Source: a virus
Length of the DNA: 64,000 bases
IMG/VR virus record: IMGVR_UViG_3300003177_000017
Location: 7,165-71,164 of that record
Reading direction: 5' to 3' (one strand)
The position numbers and the translations under genes are program-made. Positions 1-10,100 of the stretch are shown in pieces. The notes under the pieces are model-generated. The model saw nothing but the letters and a program-made list of their open reading frames with translations. It had not been told where the DNA came from and did no database searches. The number at the start of each line of letters is the position of its first letter. The stretch's first letter is position 1.

Positions 1-228
1 TTGCAATTCAAAAAAGACTTTTCTAAATATACAGATTTTAAAATAACTTATACTTGTGGGTATAACACAACAGATTTAATACCTAACGCAATCAAACATT
101 CTATTCGTATGACATTCGCTACATTGTATGAAATGCGAGAAGATGCTTTAACTGGAACACAAATAAATGAGGTTCCTGTATCAGCAAGAAATATTTTAAA
201 AACCTTTAGATTAAGGACAACAAAATAA
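1..228 (+). CDS. Head-tail connector (HK97 gp6-like), 5'-truncated by window edge
   Basis: C-terminal ITYTCGY...IPNAIKHSI...LYEMRE pattern typical of gp6-like connectors; first gene of a head-tail/tail operon. Confidence 0.8.
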   Translation: MQFKKDFSKYTDFKITYTCGYNTTDLIPNAIKHSIRMTFATLYEMREDALTGTQINEVPVSARNILKTFRLRTTK

Positions 229-554
229 TGGCAATCAACTCAGGAAAATACAGACACAGAATTAAAATATATACTAATTCTGGAGTAAGAGATGTATACG
301 GTGGTTTAGATAATACTAGAACATTGATCGCTAATCCGTGGTGTAAATTAAGAATTTTGGCTGATGTTGAAGTTGTAGGAACTACTACACAAGGGCAAAC
401 AAGGATAGAATTTGAGATCCGATATGCAAGATCCTGTGTAGAATTAACATCTGATATGTTTATTGTTTTTAAGAGTATTGATTACGATATTATATCAGTG
501 ATCAATCCTGAAGAACTAAATGAAAAATTGTTAATTACTGCAATAAGGAGATAA
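228..554 (+). CDS. Head closure/stopper protein (SPP1 gp16-like)
   Basis: N-terminal GKYRHRI, central IRY, C-terminal YDIISV motifs; size and position. Confidence 0.8.
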   Translation: MAINSGKYRHRIKIYTNSGVRDVYGGLDNTRTLIANPWCKLRILADVEVVGTTTQGQTRIEFEIRYARSCVELTSDMFIVFKSIDYDIISVINPEELNEKLLITAIRR

Positions 555-555
555 A

Positions 556-930
556 ATGTCCTTTATTGTAGATCTTAAAAATCATTTAGAAAGTGCAACA
601 ACATTTTCAGTATATCCGATACATATTCCACAAGGTTCTGCATTACCAGCAATACAAATGGATGAAATATCATCTGTTAGAGATCACAATTCAGATCTAG
701 ATAAATCAAACATAAAACGAAAACGAATACAACTAACTATAGTTACTAATAACACTAAGCAAACTTTAGATACTAAAGAACTTATTGAACTGTTATATGA
801 AAATTTTAGTGGGTTTATTGGTACATCAAATATATTAATAGCAAGAGTTGAGACTGGTGTGTCAACTTATGATAAACAAACACTAAATTTTGAATTCTCA
901 ATAGATATAATATTCAAAATTTTACTATAA
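556..930 (+). CDS. Tail terminator/completion protein (DUF3168-like)
   Basis: VYP...PQG..LPAI motif and RIQL strand; directly upstream of tail tube. Confidence 0.7.
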   Translation: MSFIVDLKNHLESATTFSVYPIHIPQGSALPAIQMDEISSVRDHNSDLDKSNIKRKRIQLTIVTNNTKQTLDTKELIELLYENFSGFIGTSNILIARVETGVSTYDKQTLNFEFSIDIIFKILL

Positions 931-960
931 TTCAAGCATTTGACTTGATAAGGAAAGAAA

Positions 961-1407
961 ATGGCAGGATTAACGGATATTAGTGTCAGTAATTATACTG
1001 TACTTCAATATACCACAGACTCCGGTACTACATGGGTTGATATTACAAATGTTAATAGCATTGGTGATTTAACTGATGAAAAAACTATTGTTGATGTTCA
1101 AGAATATGGCGTGTCATATTTACGTAAATTAGTAGGTACTGCAAACGCTGGAACAGTGGATCTAACGGTAAACTTTAACCCAGCAGATACAAGTCATGTT
1201 TACTTATTGGCTTCATACAAATCTGGGTCACCAGAAATGTTTAGATTAGTTATGTATAATACATCGGCTAAAACACTAGGAAATTACATACAATTCAATG
1301 GGTTTGTTGGAACTAATACAATATCTAATTCGTTTGATTCATCTCGAACAGTAGTATTTAGTATTGCAGTAGATGGTGCATTAGGCGCACTTACTCCAAA
1401 CTTATAA
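961..1407 (+). CDS. Major tail tube protein (siphovirus)
   Basis: 148 aa, W..I..V.SIG, G...AG...LTVNF.P and F.GFV motifs; strong RBS; followed by hairpin terminator. Confidence 0.85.
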   Translation: MAGLTDISVSNYTVLQYTTDSGTTWVDITNVNSIGDLTDEKTIVDVQEYGVSYLRKLVGTANAGTVDLTVNFNPADTSHVYLLASYKSGSPEMFRLVMYNTSAKTLGNYIQFNGFVGTNTISNSFDSSRTVVFSIAVDGALGALTPNL

Positions 1408-1413
1408 TATTAT

Positions 1414-1435
1414 AATGGGGCTATGCCCCATTTTT
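1414..1435 (+). terminator. Intrinsic terminator after tail tube gene
   Basis: aatggggc-tat-gccccatt followed by T-tract. Confidence 0.75.
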
Positions 1436-1444
1436 GGATAAAAT

Positions 1445-2089
1445 ATGGCAGGAAAATCAACATCAAAAGATCAATTCTCGGTAACTACATATACTAAAGG
1501 ATTTAAAGAACTTAGTGATATGTTACGATCATTTATTGATCCAGTATTCAGGAAAAGAGCTTTGTTGGAAGCAGGTAGGAAAACAATGTTACCCTTAGTT
1601 CAAAAGTTTAGATCTGCTGCTCCTGAAATTAAAGGGGAAATGGCTAAAAAAAATCCAAACACTCCAGCAGGCATTTTGAAAAATTCTATTAAATATACAG
1701 CTAGTTACAACCAAGGGGTTAAATATAATAGACACGGAAAATATGTAAGTTTATCAAAATATGAATATGCAGGACAGATAAGAACAGGACAAAAATCAGA
1801 ACAATTTGCTAAGGTTATGGAATATGGTAGACCTGCATTTAAAGCAACTAGAGATGTTGTATTTGGAAATGTTGTATATCCTTATGATGTAATAATACCA
1901 GCGGTAAAACCAACAGCATTTATGCGTAAAACTTTAGACGCAAATTATTATAGAATGATCATAACATTTAAAAATGAACTTAAAAAATCTATTGATAAAC
2001 GAAAACTACAAGAAATAAGAAAAATAAAAGCATCAACTAGAAAGCTTATAAAAAAAGAAAAAATGCTTTCAAATATAAATCAATTATAA
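1445..2089 (+). CDS. HK97 gp10-like tail component
   Basis: KGFKEL start, G.LKNSI, EYG and P.AFMR motifs; basic protein. Confidence 0.75.
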   Translation: MAGKSTSKDQFSVTTYTKGFKELSDMLRSFIDPVFRKRALLEAGRKTMLPLVQKFRSAAPEIKGEMAKKNPNTPAGILKNSIKYTASYNQGVKYNRHGKYVSLSKYEYAGQIRTGQKSEQFAKVMEYGRPAFKATRDVVFGNVVYPYDVIIPAVKPTAFMRKTLDANYYRMIITFKNELKKSIDKRKLQEIRKIKASTRKLIKKEKMLSNINQL

Positions 2090-2106
2090 CAAATTAGGAG
2101 AACAAT

Positions 2107-2436
2107 ATGTTAGACAAATCTAAATTATTTAGCATTAAACCAAAAATTAAAAAAGTTTTTATAAAATCACTCAATGAAGATATATTCGTTAAAGAATTCG
2201 TTGTTGCAGAACGTAATAAAGTAAGAGAAGCAAATAAAACTGAGGATTATCAATTAATTATGATGATCTTAGGAATTTGTGATAAAGATGGTGTTCCTAT
2301 TTTTGATATTGATGATGTTGAACATTTATCTAATTTACCACAAGTAATAGCAGATGAACTGATGTTAGCGGTGGTAGATCATAATGAACCGAAGGATTCT
2401 CTTAAAGAAGCAAAAAAGTCGCCAGAGATCCAATAA
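2107..2436 (+). CDS. Tail assembly chaperone G
   Basis: Between tail tube and tape measure; ICDKDG.PIF motif; ends just after a slippery heptamer. Confidence 0.8.
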   Translation: MLDKSKLFSIKPKIKKVFIKSLNEDIFVKEFVVAERNKVREANKTEDYQLIMMILGICDKDGVPIFDIDDVEHLSNLPQVIADELMLAVVDHNEPKDSLKEAKKSPEIQ

Positions 2437-2870
2437 GAAAATTTCAACTTGAATTATGTATAGCATGGGGGCAACCTATAGAATATATAGAGTCATTACC
2501 AGATTCTATTTTATCAGAATTTATGGCATTGGATAGTATAATGCCATTTACTCCATCAGCCCCAGCATATAGAGAGGGATTATTGTGCGCATTGTTATAT
2601 AATCAAAATGCTACCAAAAAATCTAATACAATCTCAGTAGAAGAATTATTTCCATATCTAAAATCTGGCACACCAGAATGGTTGGAAGATCCAAGAATAC
2701 AAAAGACAAAGAAATTACTAAAATCAATAAATTGTCACTCACCAGATGTATATAAATCTAGCTATAATGACATTTGCGAAAAAATAAAAGAAGAAATTGT
2801 TATCGAAAAAAATAGTTCAGACCCAGACCAATATGTCATTAATAAATTAAAAGAATTCTTAACAGAATAG
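2107..2870 (+). CDS. Tail assembly chaperone G-T (frameshift product)
   Basis: -1 frame continuous from 2418 to stop at 2870; ATG 2523 is internal to it. Confidence 0.85.
2412..2418 (+). other. Programmed -1 frameshift site A_AAA_AAG
   Basis: G frame GCA AAA AAG; the -1 frame is open from here (KVARDPIRKFQLELCIAWGQP...) into ORF 2523-2870. Confidence 0.9.
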
Positions 2871-2879
2871 GAGATACAA

Positions 2880-5585
2880 ATGGCTAAAAATCAAAGTGTT
2901 GGTCGAGTAAGTATAGAGATGACTGCTGACGTTGTACAATTTGTTAATAAATTACACAAAGCAGACAAAGATGGCAATGGATCATTACTTAGAATTGCTA
3001 GGGGGTTCCAAAAGACCTCAGCAGCAGCTAAAAAAGGATCTAAAGGAATAGATGGGTTATCAGGTAGACTTAGAAATATGGGGCAAGCCGCAGCATTAGT
3101 AAGTGGACCAATGGGCGGCATATCATCAAGACTATCTGTTATGGGAACTATAGTTTCGCAGGGTCCACTTATAGCTGGAATAGCGGCAATAGGATTAGCA
3201 TTTACTGCATTATATAAAATATTTAAGCACGGTGCTTTAATAGTTGATAATGATATAATGCAGTTAGCACAACTATCTGCAACTATAGATAGAACGGGTC
3301 ATGCTGCTGGTATAACTACAGGTGAAGTTGATGCGTTTGCTCAAACATTAGCAATGAATACATTAGCATCTGTAACTGATGTTCGTAAAGCGATGGGTAA
3401 ATTAGCAACATTCACCAAAATAACCGGACAAAATTTCTTTGACACTACAAAAATTGCTGAAGATATGGCGGCTGCTGGTTTTGGTTCTGTAATAGATAAT
3501 GCGGTTCAATTAGGTAAAGCTTTGTCTGATCCTATTAAGAATTTGGGGGCATTAACAAGAAACGGAATAACATTCACTAATAAACAAAAATTATTAATTG
3601 TTGAATTAGCAAAAGAAAACAAGTTATATGAAGCTCAAGCTAAAGTATTAAAAATTATACATGATCAATTAGGTAATACTGCTACAGCACAAGCATTTAA
3701 CACTATAGCCGGTGCAGCAGACACAATGGGACAAAGATTCGATGATTTATCAAAAGTATTTGGTAATATGTCGCATGGTCCTATATTAGATTTTATGCAA
3801 GCACTTGATGATAAGATAAGAGTATTAACTTTATATTTAGATCCTACATTTGAGTTTAAAATGAAGGCTCCAACTAAAGCCAGAAAGTATATTGAATCAT
3901 TAGGACTAGATTTACACAAAGTTACATCCGGTCTTATGCTTTCAAACATGACAGACTCATTTACTAAAGCTATAAAAAACATGAGAGGACAATTATTTTC
4001 TCTGGAATTAACTCAGCAAAGTGTAAGCAAAAAACTATCTTCTGCTAGTTTAAATATTGGCGGTAAAACTCCACTTAATATTAAAAAAATTAAAGCATTG
4101 CAACTAGAAAAAGATTTAATTGACGCTAAAGTTTTATCATTAAAAAAAGCATTAATAACAATAAAGTCATATAGATTACAAACAAAGGCTTCTACAGGTG
4201 AAGTTTCTGCAAATTTAAGCCATGAAGCTGATCTATCAGCAGCTAAAAACACACAAAATAAAAAAGAATTTGAAGCTCGTATAGCTCAATTAAACAAAGA
4301 GTCTGATGTAGTAGCGAAAAATATAATTAAGCAAATAAAACTAGAGGCTATACAAACACTAGCTGATCAAAAAGCATATAAAGCTAAACAAATACAATTA
4401 GAAAAAGAAAAAAAAGCAAAAGATAAAGCTTTTGCTGATGATGTGACTAGAAGAAATAAGGAAAACCATCTTAAAATTAATTCTGGTTTAGGATTAGCAG
4501 CCGATCTAAAAGGTAAAAAATATAGCGATTTATTCAAACTTAAACAAGAATTTGCTAATAAATCTGCTGCATTAGAAAATGCCATTGCAGCAGCATCTAT
4601 GTTAAAAGATATTACTATCACACGTAATCTACTTGCAGCAAAAAAAGCCTTAGATAAAAAATATGCGGCTGATAAAGTAGCAATAGAAAATAAAGCTGCT
4701 ATTAAGATAGCCGAAGATAAAGCTTTAGCTGTTGCTGCGGCTAAAAAAAAGTATAAGGATAACAGCGTTAAAATTAATTCTGGATTAGGATTAGCAGCTG
4801 ATCTAAAAGGTAAAAAATATAGCGATTTATTCAAACTTAAACAAGATTTTGCTGATAAATCTTCTACATTAGATACTGCTATTGCGTCAGCAAAAATGTT
4901 GAATGATACTACTGCTTTAACTGCACTATCAGATGCAAAATTAGCTTTAGTTCAACAATATGAGGATGATAAAGCCGCAATAGAAGATTCTGCTGCTGCT
5001 AATAAAAAAGCAAAAGATTTATCATTAATACAATTTACAGCACAAGCTACAACTTCTGCTTTAAGTGGGTTATCTGATATGTATCAGAAAACAGGAAAAG
5101 ATCATGCTCGCGCGCAAAAGAATATATTTTTATTAACACAAGCGATAGCATTCGGAATGAATGTAGTCAATACACAATCTGCTATGAGTGATATAGCAGC
5201 ATCAAAAACAATACCTGAATTAGCAAAACCAGCTTTAGCCGCAACTGCACTAACTGAAGGTATAATCCGTGGTGTAACCATTGCATCTGCTACAATAGGA
5301 GCATTTCATGGTGGTACTGACTCTGTACCAAAAGCCTACGACAATCAATCATTTTTACTTAAAGCCGGTGAGCGTGTCGTACAACCACAAGCCAATAAAG
5401 ATCTTACTTCTTTCTTAAAAAATGGTAATTCTAACGGATCGATAACTGTATCCGCTCCAATAACCATACAAGGAAACGTGACGGATCAAAGATGGTTCCA
5501 AGCTGAATTAGTTAAAAATAGACAATTAATTTCTGTTGCTATTGATAAAGCAAAAAGTGAAAAACCAAATAGTAGATATAATTAG
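2880..5585 (+). CDS. Tape measure protein
   Basis: 901 aa Ala/Lys-rich helical protein after G-T; QLGKALSDP motif; C-terminal FHGG...LLKAGERV. Confidence 0.92.
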   Translation: MAKNQSVGRVSIEMTADVVQFVNKLHKADKDGNGSLLRIARGFQKTSAAAKKGSKGIDGLSGRLRNMGQAAALVSGPMGGISSRLSVMGTIVSQGPLIAGIAAIGLAFTALYKIFKHGALIVDNDIMQLAQLSATIDRTGHAAGITTGEVDAFAQTLAMNTLASVTDVRKAMGKLATFTKITGQNFFDTTKIAEDMAAAGFGSVIDNAVQLGKALSDPIKNLGALTRNGITFTNKQKLLIVELAKENKLYEAQAKVLKIIHDQLGNTATAQAFNTIAGAADTMGQRFDDLSKVFGNMSHGPILDFMQALDDKIRVLTLYLDPTFEFKMKAPTKARKYIESLGLDLHKVTSGLMLSNMTDSFTKAIKNMRGQLFSLELTQQSVSKKLSSASLNIGGKTPLNIKKIKALQLEKDLIDAKVLSLKKALITIKSYRLQTKASTGEVSANLSHEADLSAAKNTQNKKEFEARIAQLNKESDVVAKNIIKQIKLEAIQTLADQKAYKAKQIQLEKEKKAKDKAFADDVTRRNKENHLKINSGLGLAADLKGKKYSDLFKLKQEFANKSAALENAIAAASMLKDITITRNLLAAKKALDKKYAADKVAIENKAAIKIAEDKALAVAAAKKKYKDNSVKINSGLGLAADLKGKKYSDLFKLKQDFADKSSTLDTAIASAKMLNDTTALTALSDAKLALVQQYEDDKAAIEDSAAANKKAKDLSLIQFTAQATTSALSGLSDMYQKTGKDHARAQKNIFLLTQAIAFGMNVVNTQSAMSDIAASKTIPELAKPALAATALTEGIIRGVTIASATIGAFHGGTDSVPKAYDNQSFLLKAGERVVQPQANKDLTSFLKNGNSNGSITVSAPITIQGNVTDQRWFQAELVKNRQLISVAIDKAKSEKPNSRYN
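4471..4862 (+). repeat. Internal duplication in tape measure (period 297 nt / 99 aa)
   Basis: 4471-4565 and 4768-4862 near-identical (KINSGLGLAADLKGKKYSDLFKLKQ). Confidence 0.9.
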
Positions 5586-5594
5586 GGAGACAAT

Positions 5595-6173
5595 ATGATA
5601 CAATTTCCTACAGGATTAATAATTTCTAATGTACACATATCGCATTATACTCCTAATTTTATTAACACCTCATTGAACTTAAAAACAACAACGTATAATC
5701 GAGGAGTACATCAAATAAAAGGATCTTTTGATGTTACTATAACTGGTGAACACGACAAAAGAATTTTTGAATCATTTTTAATGAAAATACAAGGTAAATT
5801 AAATCCATTTTTTATTAATTTAAAAGGAAGATTTAATTCGCCTACAGTCACTTCACCATTAGTTCCTGTATCAGCAACAGCAACGATTGGAGCATTATCA
5901 TTAAATACATCTACATTTATTGGTACAATATCTGAGGGGGATATGTTTACTATTAGTAATAGCACTAAGATACATATAGCAACATCTTTAACCACTACTA
6001 ATACAACTCTTACATTTTTCCCTCCGTTAGCAAAAGGGTTATTAATAACAGACCAATTAAATTTTAAAGATGTTAATTTATTAGTTAGAACTACTACTGA
6101 TGCACCAAACATGAGTTATACCCAGTCAGGGATCATTCACACAACAAAAATAAAATTTGAGGAAGTTATATGA
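5595..6173 (+). CDS. Distal tail protein-like
   Basis: Immediately after tape measure; GD.F and FFPPL motifs. Confidence 0.6.
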   Translation: MIQFPTGLIISNVHISHYTPNFINTSLNLKTTTYNRGVHQIKGSFDVTITGEHDKRIFESFLMKIQGKLNPFFINLKGRFNSPTVTSPLVPVSATATIGALSLNTSTFIGTISEGDMFTISNSTKIHIATSLTTTNTTLTFFPPLAKGLLITDQLNFKDVNLLVRTTTDAPNMSYTQSGIIHTTKIKFEEVI

Positions 6174-6694
6174 TATGTAATCTTGTACATCTGCAAATAA
6201 ATGATTTAAATGGTGGGGTTATACATTATAGGCTAAGTACATCAAATTTTGATGTGTCCTTCAATGGAAATACATACACATCAACAGGTGATCTTCTTAA
6301 AATAACAAACTCAGAAAACACAAATCAAATATCAAAAACTGGTATAAAAATAACAATGTCTGGGTTAGATCCAGCGTTTTTAACAGAAATAGACTCAGGT
6401 GCATATCTACGCGCTCCAATCGACATATACACGGTAAATATTCCAGATGGAACTAATGTAGTATCTAGCTACGCTTTTTACCACAGAGGATATTGTGATA
6501 CCCCTGTAACCGGTATTGATTATACATCAAACAAGCTAACAGTTGAAATAGAAACTACTAATGTTTTTACAGATATTGATAAAACTCCTAGTTTAATGAG
6601 ATCTTCATTATCTGCACATGCCAGTATTCATTCTGGTGATAAATTCTTTCAATATGTAGCAGACATTGACATTACCGAAATTTGGAAAAAATAG
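6170..6694 (+). CDS. Tail tip/hub protein (lambda L/DUF2163-like)
   Basis: FNGNTY...G.LL start, GDKFFQYV...W end; synteny. Confidence 0.6.
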   Translation: MICNLVHLQINDLNGGVIHYRLSTSNFDVSFNGNTYTSTGDLLKITNSENTNQISKTGIKITMSGLDPAFLTEIDSGAYLRAPIDIYTVNIPDGTNVVSSYAFYHRGYCDTPVTGIDYTSNKLTVEIETTNVFTDIDKTPSLMRSSLSAHASIHSGDKFFQYVADIDITEIWKK

Positions 6695-6703
6695 GAGAAT
6701 TTT

Positions 6704-7117
6704 TTGGATTCTATAACAAAAAAATTAAAATACATAATTAATAAATATAATAATAAAGAACGTATATGTGGTGAAATTGATTGTAATTTAATGATTTTGG
6801 AATTATATGAACCTGAATATTATAACAAGCTTAAAGGTAATTATTCTACTATAAAACAAGGGATCAAATTAGCTAAAAAAACAATAGGTTATAGATCTAT
6901 AAAAGAAATAATGGATAAATCAGGGAAATATACAGAGATCCCTTATAATTTTTGTGTGGCTGGAGATGTAGGCGTAGTAATGAATTCAAATTGTACATTT
7001 TTACATCTAGGAAAAGAATTGTTTATAATTAAAGATATAAAAAATAAAGAAATATTTAAAATTATAGATAAAAATTCAATAACACATGATATGTATAAAT
7101 TCTATAGGAGAAATTAA
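6704..7117 (+). CDS. Tail tip assembly protein, NlpC/P60-like
   Basis: GEIDC and GDV motifs; TTG start with AGGAG RBS; precedes tip protein. Confidence 0.55.
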   Translation: MDSITKKLKYIINKYNNKERICGEIDCNLMILELYEPEYYNKLKGNYSTIKQGIKLAKKTIGYRSIKEIMDKSGKYTEIPYNFCVAGDVGVVMNSNCTFLHLGKELFIIKDIKNKEIFKIIDKNSITHDMYKFYRRN

Positions 7118-10100
7118 TGTCAACATTAGAAATAACATTAATGTATATTGTTACCGCTATAAGTGTGTCCACATCAGTATATACATTATTAAATATGCCA
7201 CAGCAGCAAGATATAGGATCAAAAACACAAAAACGTGGAACTGATGCCCCTAGAAAGGTCGCATACGGTAGGTCTATAATAGATAGTACAAATGTATATA
7301 ATAATGTATTAAATGATAATTCTGCATGGATAGTTAAAGTATTTTCTTTGGGGGTTGGACCTATAACTGCTATAAGACAGGTATATGTTAACGATCTTCC
7401 TATATTAGAGCATGAAAATACAATATCCCCTGATGTAACATCATTAGTATCCCCAAACAACCCAAATGTAACATATACTTACACAAATAGTTCTTTTAGA
7501 TTTAAACGTGATAACAATGATTTCGTACATCAGTTCACCAGAAATCAAGACATTCAAATGCAATTCAGATATGGAAAAAATGCTGAGGTTGCCTCAGATT
7601 TAGCCATAGAATTTAGTGACAATGAATGGACTGTTGATCACCGTGGCGATAGGGTTCCCCATGTTGTAATGTCTTTATATAGATCAACAAATACAGATAC
7701 CCCTATATTATCTAGTGTATTTACACTTACTGCATTAGTTGAAGGAGTACCGGTACACGATCCTAGATTTCATGCAGCCGGAGTAAAAGAATACATACAT
7801 TCTAATTCATCAGTACCAGCAATAAATGTAAATATAGGTAGAAATCCAGCTCTTTGTCTTTTAGATTTTTTAACTGATACTTATTACGGAATGAGTGTAG
7901 ACTACAGTTATATCAATATACAAAGCTTTATGGACGCAGCAAATTGGACTGATACTAATAATTTACACGTAGATGGATCAGTAGATACAGGACAAAAATT
8001 TGGTGATTGTTTATCACAAATAATGTCATCATTTCAAGGGGTACTTGTATTAGAAAATGGGTTAATAACTTGTAAATATGAAGATATTGTATTAAATCCA
8101 TACAGCACAACATTCGATGAAAATAATACAATATCATTTAAAGATATAAAATCTGCATCACATAGTTCATATTATAATATAGTACAAACTAAGTACAAAA
8201 ATACATTAATGTTAGAAAAAGGAGATGTATACCAGATACCGGAAGATCTTAACTATATTCCCCAAGGTGCAACTAAATCAAGAATTCAAATAGATGGATT
8301 TAAAAAAGTAAAAACCTTAGATTTGCCTATGACATTAGGAAATTCTGATGGTGCATATCCAAAAGGTGGATATGGAATATCTTGGTTGATAAATGGAGTA
8401 CAAAAATATTTTCATTTAGCTTATGGGAATGATTCTATTGGATCAGGGTTTAGCCAAAGTCCTGTAGGAAAAACATTTGTAGGAACTTATATTGACACTA
8501 CATTAGCAGATGCAGCAACTGCAATCAGCTATAATTGGACTAATATAAACAACTCGCAAGGATATCTTAATAAACAAGGTATTGCAGGGATAGATGTATC
8601 AAACGCTCAAGTAAGCTATTTACATATTGCATTTGCAGACTCAATATCTGGATCTGGTTTTAATCAAATTCCAACAAGTAAGACATACGTTGGAACTTAT
8701 ATAGATTTTAATTTGTATGACAGTTTAGATACTACTAAGTACACTTGGGGATCGTTGTACAATAATTTTGAAATAAATGGGATCATGGATGGCTCAGTAA
8801 AATTTTTTACTAACCGATTATATGTTAAAGCACTGCACCAAAAAGGTGTGTCTATATCAGTAGATCTACAACAGTATCCAGTAAAATTATATGATGTTAT
8901 AAAAATATCAAATAAATCAATAGGTTGGGTAGATAAATTATTTAGAATAACAACAATAAATACATCAGTTAATGAGAATTCTTTTAATATTGGCGATTTA
9001 ATTTGTGTTGAATACAACGATAATATGTACACAGGATCGCTTGATGGATTAACTGGACGGAATATTAAAAGAACATATCAACATCTTAATCCAGTGACAA
9101 ATTTAGTATTTAATTTACATAATTTTATAACCGATGGGTATGGTACATTAACTTGGACAAATCCTAACACGATAGGAAATCTTAGTTATAAAATTCAATA
9201 TAAATTGTCCAGTGAAGTTGCATGGAAAGATACTGCCACCTCAGAAATAGAGCAAGCGGTTATTAATAACCTAAAACCAACACATTATGATTTTAGAGTT
9301 AAAGCTACAAGATTAAGATATTTTGATTCTGATTATACAGAAATTCTTAATGTGTTGGTATCACCAACGGTATTATTCCCCAACATAACTAATATTGCAT
9401 CTGATTATAGTGGATTAGACTTTATTTATTCTTGGGATGATATGGCACAAGTTGCTGTATTAAATACACAAGATCCAACAGATCCAAATTCCAATGGAAC
9501 CAGTGGAAAGGTCATTGATTATTTCAGTCATTATGAAGTTAAAGTTTTTCATAATAATATATATAAACAAAGCTTTATCACATCTGATCCTAAATTTGTG
9601 TACTTATATTCAAATAATAAAACTAATGTATTATCAAGAGCTGTTAATATTGAAGTATATATTGTTGCAAAAGACGGCACAAAATCGACTGCACCAGCAA
9701 TTATTTCTGGAACAAATCAGCAAATATCAGCACCAGCTAATATAAAAGTAAATGTATTATTAGGATTAGCTAACATATCATGGACACCAAGAACCGATTT
9801 AGATTTTGCTGGAACAGAAATTCACATATCAACGAATTCTACTTATGTTCCATCAGCAACAACTTTAGTAGATAACCTACAATCAGAATCGACATATCAA
9901 TATACTTATCCTGTAGGGGATATTGTAGATAGATACATTATATTAGGACACTATGATAATTTTAGTGAAACCGGTATAAATTATTCTGTACCTAAGTTAA
10001 TATCAACAACTGCAGGATTTCCTGTAAGTGATGCAAAAAATCTTAGTATTAGCTCATCAAGTCAGATATTTAGTTATGATTCTGGTGGGGTGTTACAAAG

